A DNA stretch of 64,000 bases, from IMG/VR virus record IMGVR_UViG_3300042305_002284, positions 60,361 to 124,360 of that record; one strand, given 5' to 3'. The number at the start of each line of letters is the position of its first letter. Positions within the stretch are counted from its first letter, which is position 1. A program made the position numbers and the translations under genes. The notes beneath the pieces were generated by a model. That model was not told where the DNA came from, did no database searches, and was given only the letters and a program-made list of their open reading frames with translations. The DNA is from a virus. Of the stretch, positions 62,264-64,000 are shown piece after piece.

Positions 62264-64000
62264 ATGGCAGATGAAGATCAAAAAATAAACTTTCGTAGAA
62301 TAACAGATCAAGCAGCGCTTATCCAAAATATTGATAAGTTGAAAGTATCTTTTGACGGAAGATACAACGATCCAAAACCCGGACAAAGTGTTTATGTATC
62401 TGGTTTAGAAATCAGCAATACTGAACAAAAAGAAGTAGATGGTATTTCTGTAAATAAACTTTATAACTTCAAAAAGTTTATAGAACAATATAACAAACTT
62501 ACTCCTGCTTCTCTTTCGCTTTTGAATCCATATATTGAAATATATAAGATTTATGAAGATAACTCACAAAGACTTATACCTTTCAATAACTTTTTTCCCA
62601 AAGCAGCACTTGACGCTATTACAAACAGCAGATCGGATCGTGGCTATCAAGCAAATATACAAAGTATAAAAATAGCATCACAAGGCAAAGATACTGCAAC
62701 TGCTTTTATTTATACAGTCCAAATGAAGTTTATATTTGATTCAGTTCAAACTTTATTCAATGATAACTCAAAATATATTGAACTTTTCAATCCTCCAAAA
62801 AAATACAAGTTCAAAAGAGGCTCTGGCGAACAAAAATATTATCAAATAAAATTGAAGTTTGGTTGGAAGATTGATAGAGAGCAAAACTTACAATCCAATC
62901 TAAATCCGACTTCTGTAAGAGACTTTGCTGATGCATCAAGTAGTGAAATATTTTTGAACTACATAAAGCACACTATTGGCATAAATGAAGATGGTTCAGT
63001 ATCTCTAAATGTTGAATATGTTGGCTCTCTTGAACTTGAAGCAAGAGATCCAAATAAGTTTTCTGTTCTAACTTCCGAAAATACAGAAAGACTAAAAGAA
63101 ATAACAGAACAAATAAGCAATATAGAAGATTCAATAAGAGAAAGTGGTCTAAAAGTAGAACAAACCACCGATGAAGATAAAATAAATATAAAAATACTTG
63201 ACGGCGATGGAAAAGAAGTTCAAAGATCAGACAGGCAGCAACTTGAACAACTTTATAACGAAAAGAAAAACCTTGAAGGTAATGATGAAAAAGAGTTTAG
63301 AGAAGGCATAATAAACAATATTTTAGAACAATATTTGACTTATTTAGGAGATGATAAAATACAAAGACTTCAATATGATAAAGGTAGGTTTCCTGTTTTA
63401 TTGATAAACGAACAAGTATATCAAACGAGAAAAGAACTTGTTGAAGATAACACATCGGGAAAACTCAATATTACTAATAAAAATCAACAAATACTAAAAC
63501 TTGAAAACAAAGATAATAATGTTATTTTTCAGAAAGGTATTCCATTTTCAGTAAACGAACTTCAAAATATTGATACAAAAAGTTATCTAAATAAACTCGA
63601 GTTCCCGGAAGAAACAATAAATATTGATTCGGCAAATAGAAAAGATAGGCAAAAATATTATAGAATACCGTTTTTTACATTTCGCAACTTATTGAAATCG
63701 CTACAAGCACTATATGGAAAAGAGAACAATGAAAGCGACTTCATAATGCTTGGAACAGAAATATTTATAGCCAAGTTCAAAACAGGAGAACTAATAGATC
63801 CAAAAACACTGGCAGAAAACCTAGAGTATAAAATCCTTATTGATAACGGCTTACCTCTTGGAAAAAACAACCAGGCTCTTATAGAAAATAAACTTGAAAA
63901 AATAAATATTTTAGATATTCCAATAGCGATTTCAACTTTTAGATATTGGTTCAATAAAAATATAAGTTCTCAAAATATAACAAATATGAGTTTGAAAACA
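62264..64000 (+). CDS. Large baseplate hub-like protein, 3'-truncated by window edge; not in ORF track
   Basis: ATG 3 nt after upstream stop; MADEDQKINFRR...LSLLNPYIEIYK...IKLKFGW...INEDGSVSLNVEYVG; reading frame appears open to the window end. Confidence 0.6.
   Translation, partial: MADEDQKINFRRITDQAALIQNIDKLKVSFDGRYNDPKPGQSVYVSGLEISNTEQKEVDGISVNKLYNFKKFIEQYNKLTPASLSLLNPYIEIYKIYEDNSQRLIPFNNFFPKAALDAITNSRSDRGYQANIQSIKIASQGKDTATAFIYTVQMKFIFDSVQTLFNDNSKYIELFNPPKKYKFKRGSGEQKYYQIKLKFGWKIDREQNLQSNLNPTSVRDFADASSSEIFLNYIKHTIGINEDGSVSLNVEYVGSLELEARDPNKFSVLTSENTERLKEITEQISNIEDSIRESGLKVEQTTDEDKINIKILDGDGKEVQRSDRQQLEQLYNEKKNLEGNDEKEFREGIINNILEQYLTYLGDDKIQRLQYDKGRFPVLLINEQVYQTRKELVEDNTSGKLNITNKNQQILKLENKDNNVIFQKGIPFSVNELQNIDTKSYLNKLEFPEETINIDSANRKDRQKYYRIPFFTFRNLLKSLQALYGKENNESDFIMLGTEIFIAKFKTGELIDPKTLAENLEYKILIDNGLPLGKNNQALIENKLEKINILDIPIAISTFRYWFNKNISSQNITNMSLKT

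Noticed and set aside
205-63954. All minus-strand ORFs and short alternative-frame plus-strand ORFs in the track
   Set aside because: They lie within long, motif-bearing + strand genes, lack RBSs and have shadow-like composition
1-64000. Stop-codon reassignment (alternative genetic code)
   Set aside because: Core genes are full length in the standard code and end with TAA, TGA or TAG at positions abutting the next gene

Overview
A 64 kb, AT-rich segment of a large T4-like (contractile-tailed) dsDNA phage genome. All credible genes lie on the + strand in the standard genetic code. From left to right: (1) large virion proteins, probably baseplate or tail-associated, including a 2283-aa protein with a 7-bladed FG-GAP propeller and a LamG-like domain; (2) a small replication/recombination island (RuvC-like resolvase, DnaG-type primase, fused Mre11/SbcD-Rad50/SbcC); (3) a membrane-protein or lysis-like cassette and an Hc1 histone-like gene; (4) the head module (TerL, portal with an HNH intein, putative internal head proteins, prohead protease, ribosomal protein bS21, a ~10 kb fibre island, scaffold, major capsid protein); (5) neck, tail terminator, sheath, tube, a chaperone pair with a candidate programmed frameshift, tape measure and baseplate genes. 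The most unusual signals are: an [S/T]-G-S tripeptide concentrated in surface-exposed virion proteins and domains but essentially absent from buried or cytoplasmic ones (candidate virion glycosylation sequon); a recurring ACTATTTAT late-promoter-like motif tied to hairpins that hide the RBS/start codon; strong TTAA/AATT/AGCT avoidance; and a chimeric homing-endonuclease/FG-GAP pseudogene after the capsid gene. All calls come from reading motifs and gene order by eye; no database searches were run.
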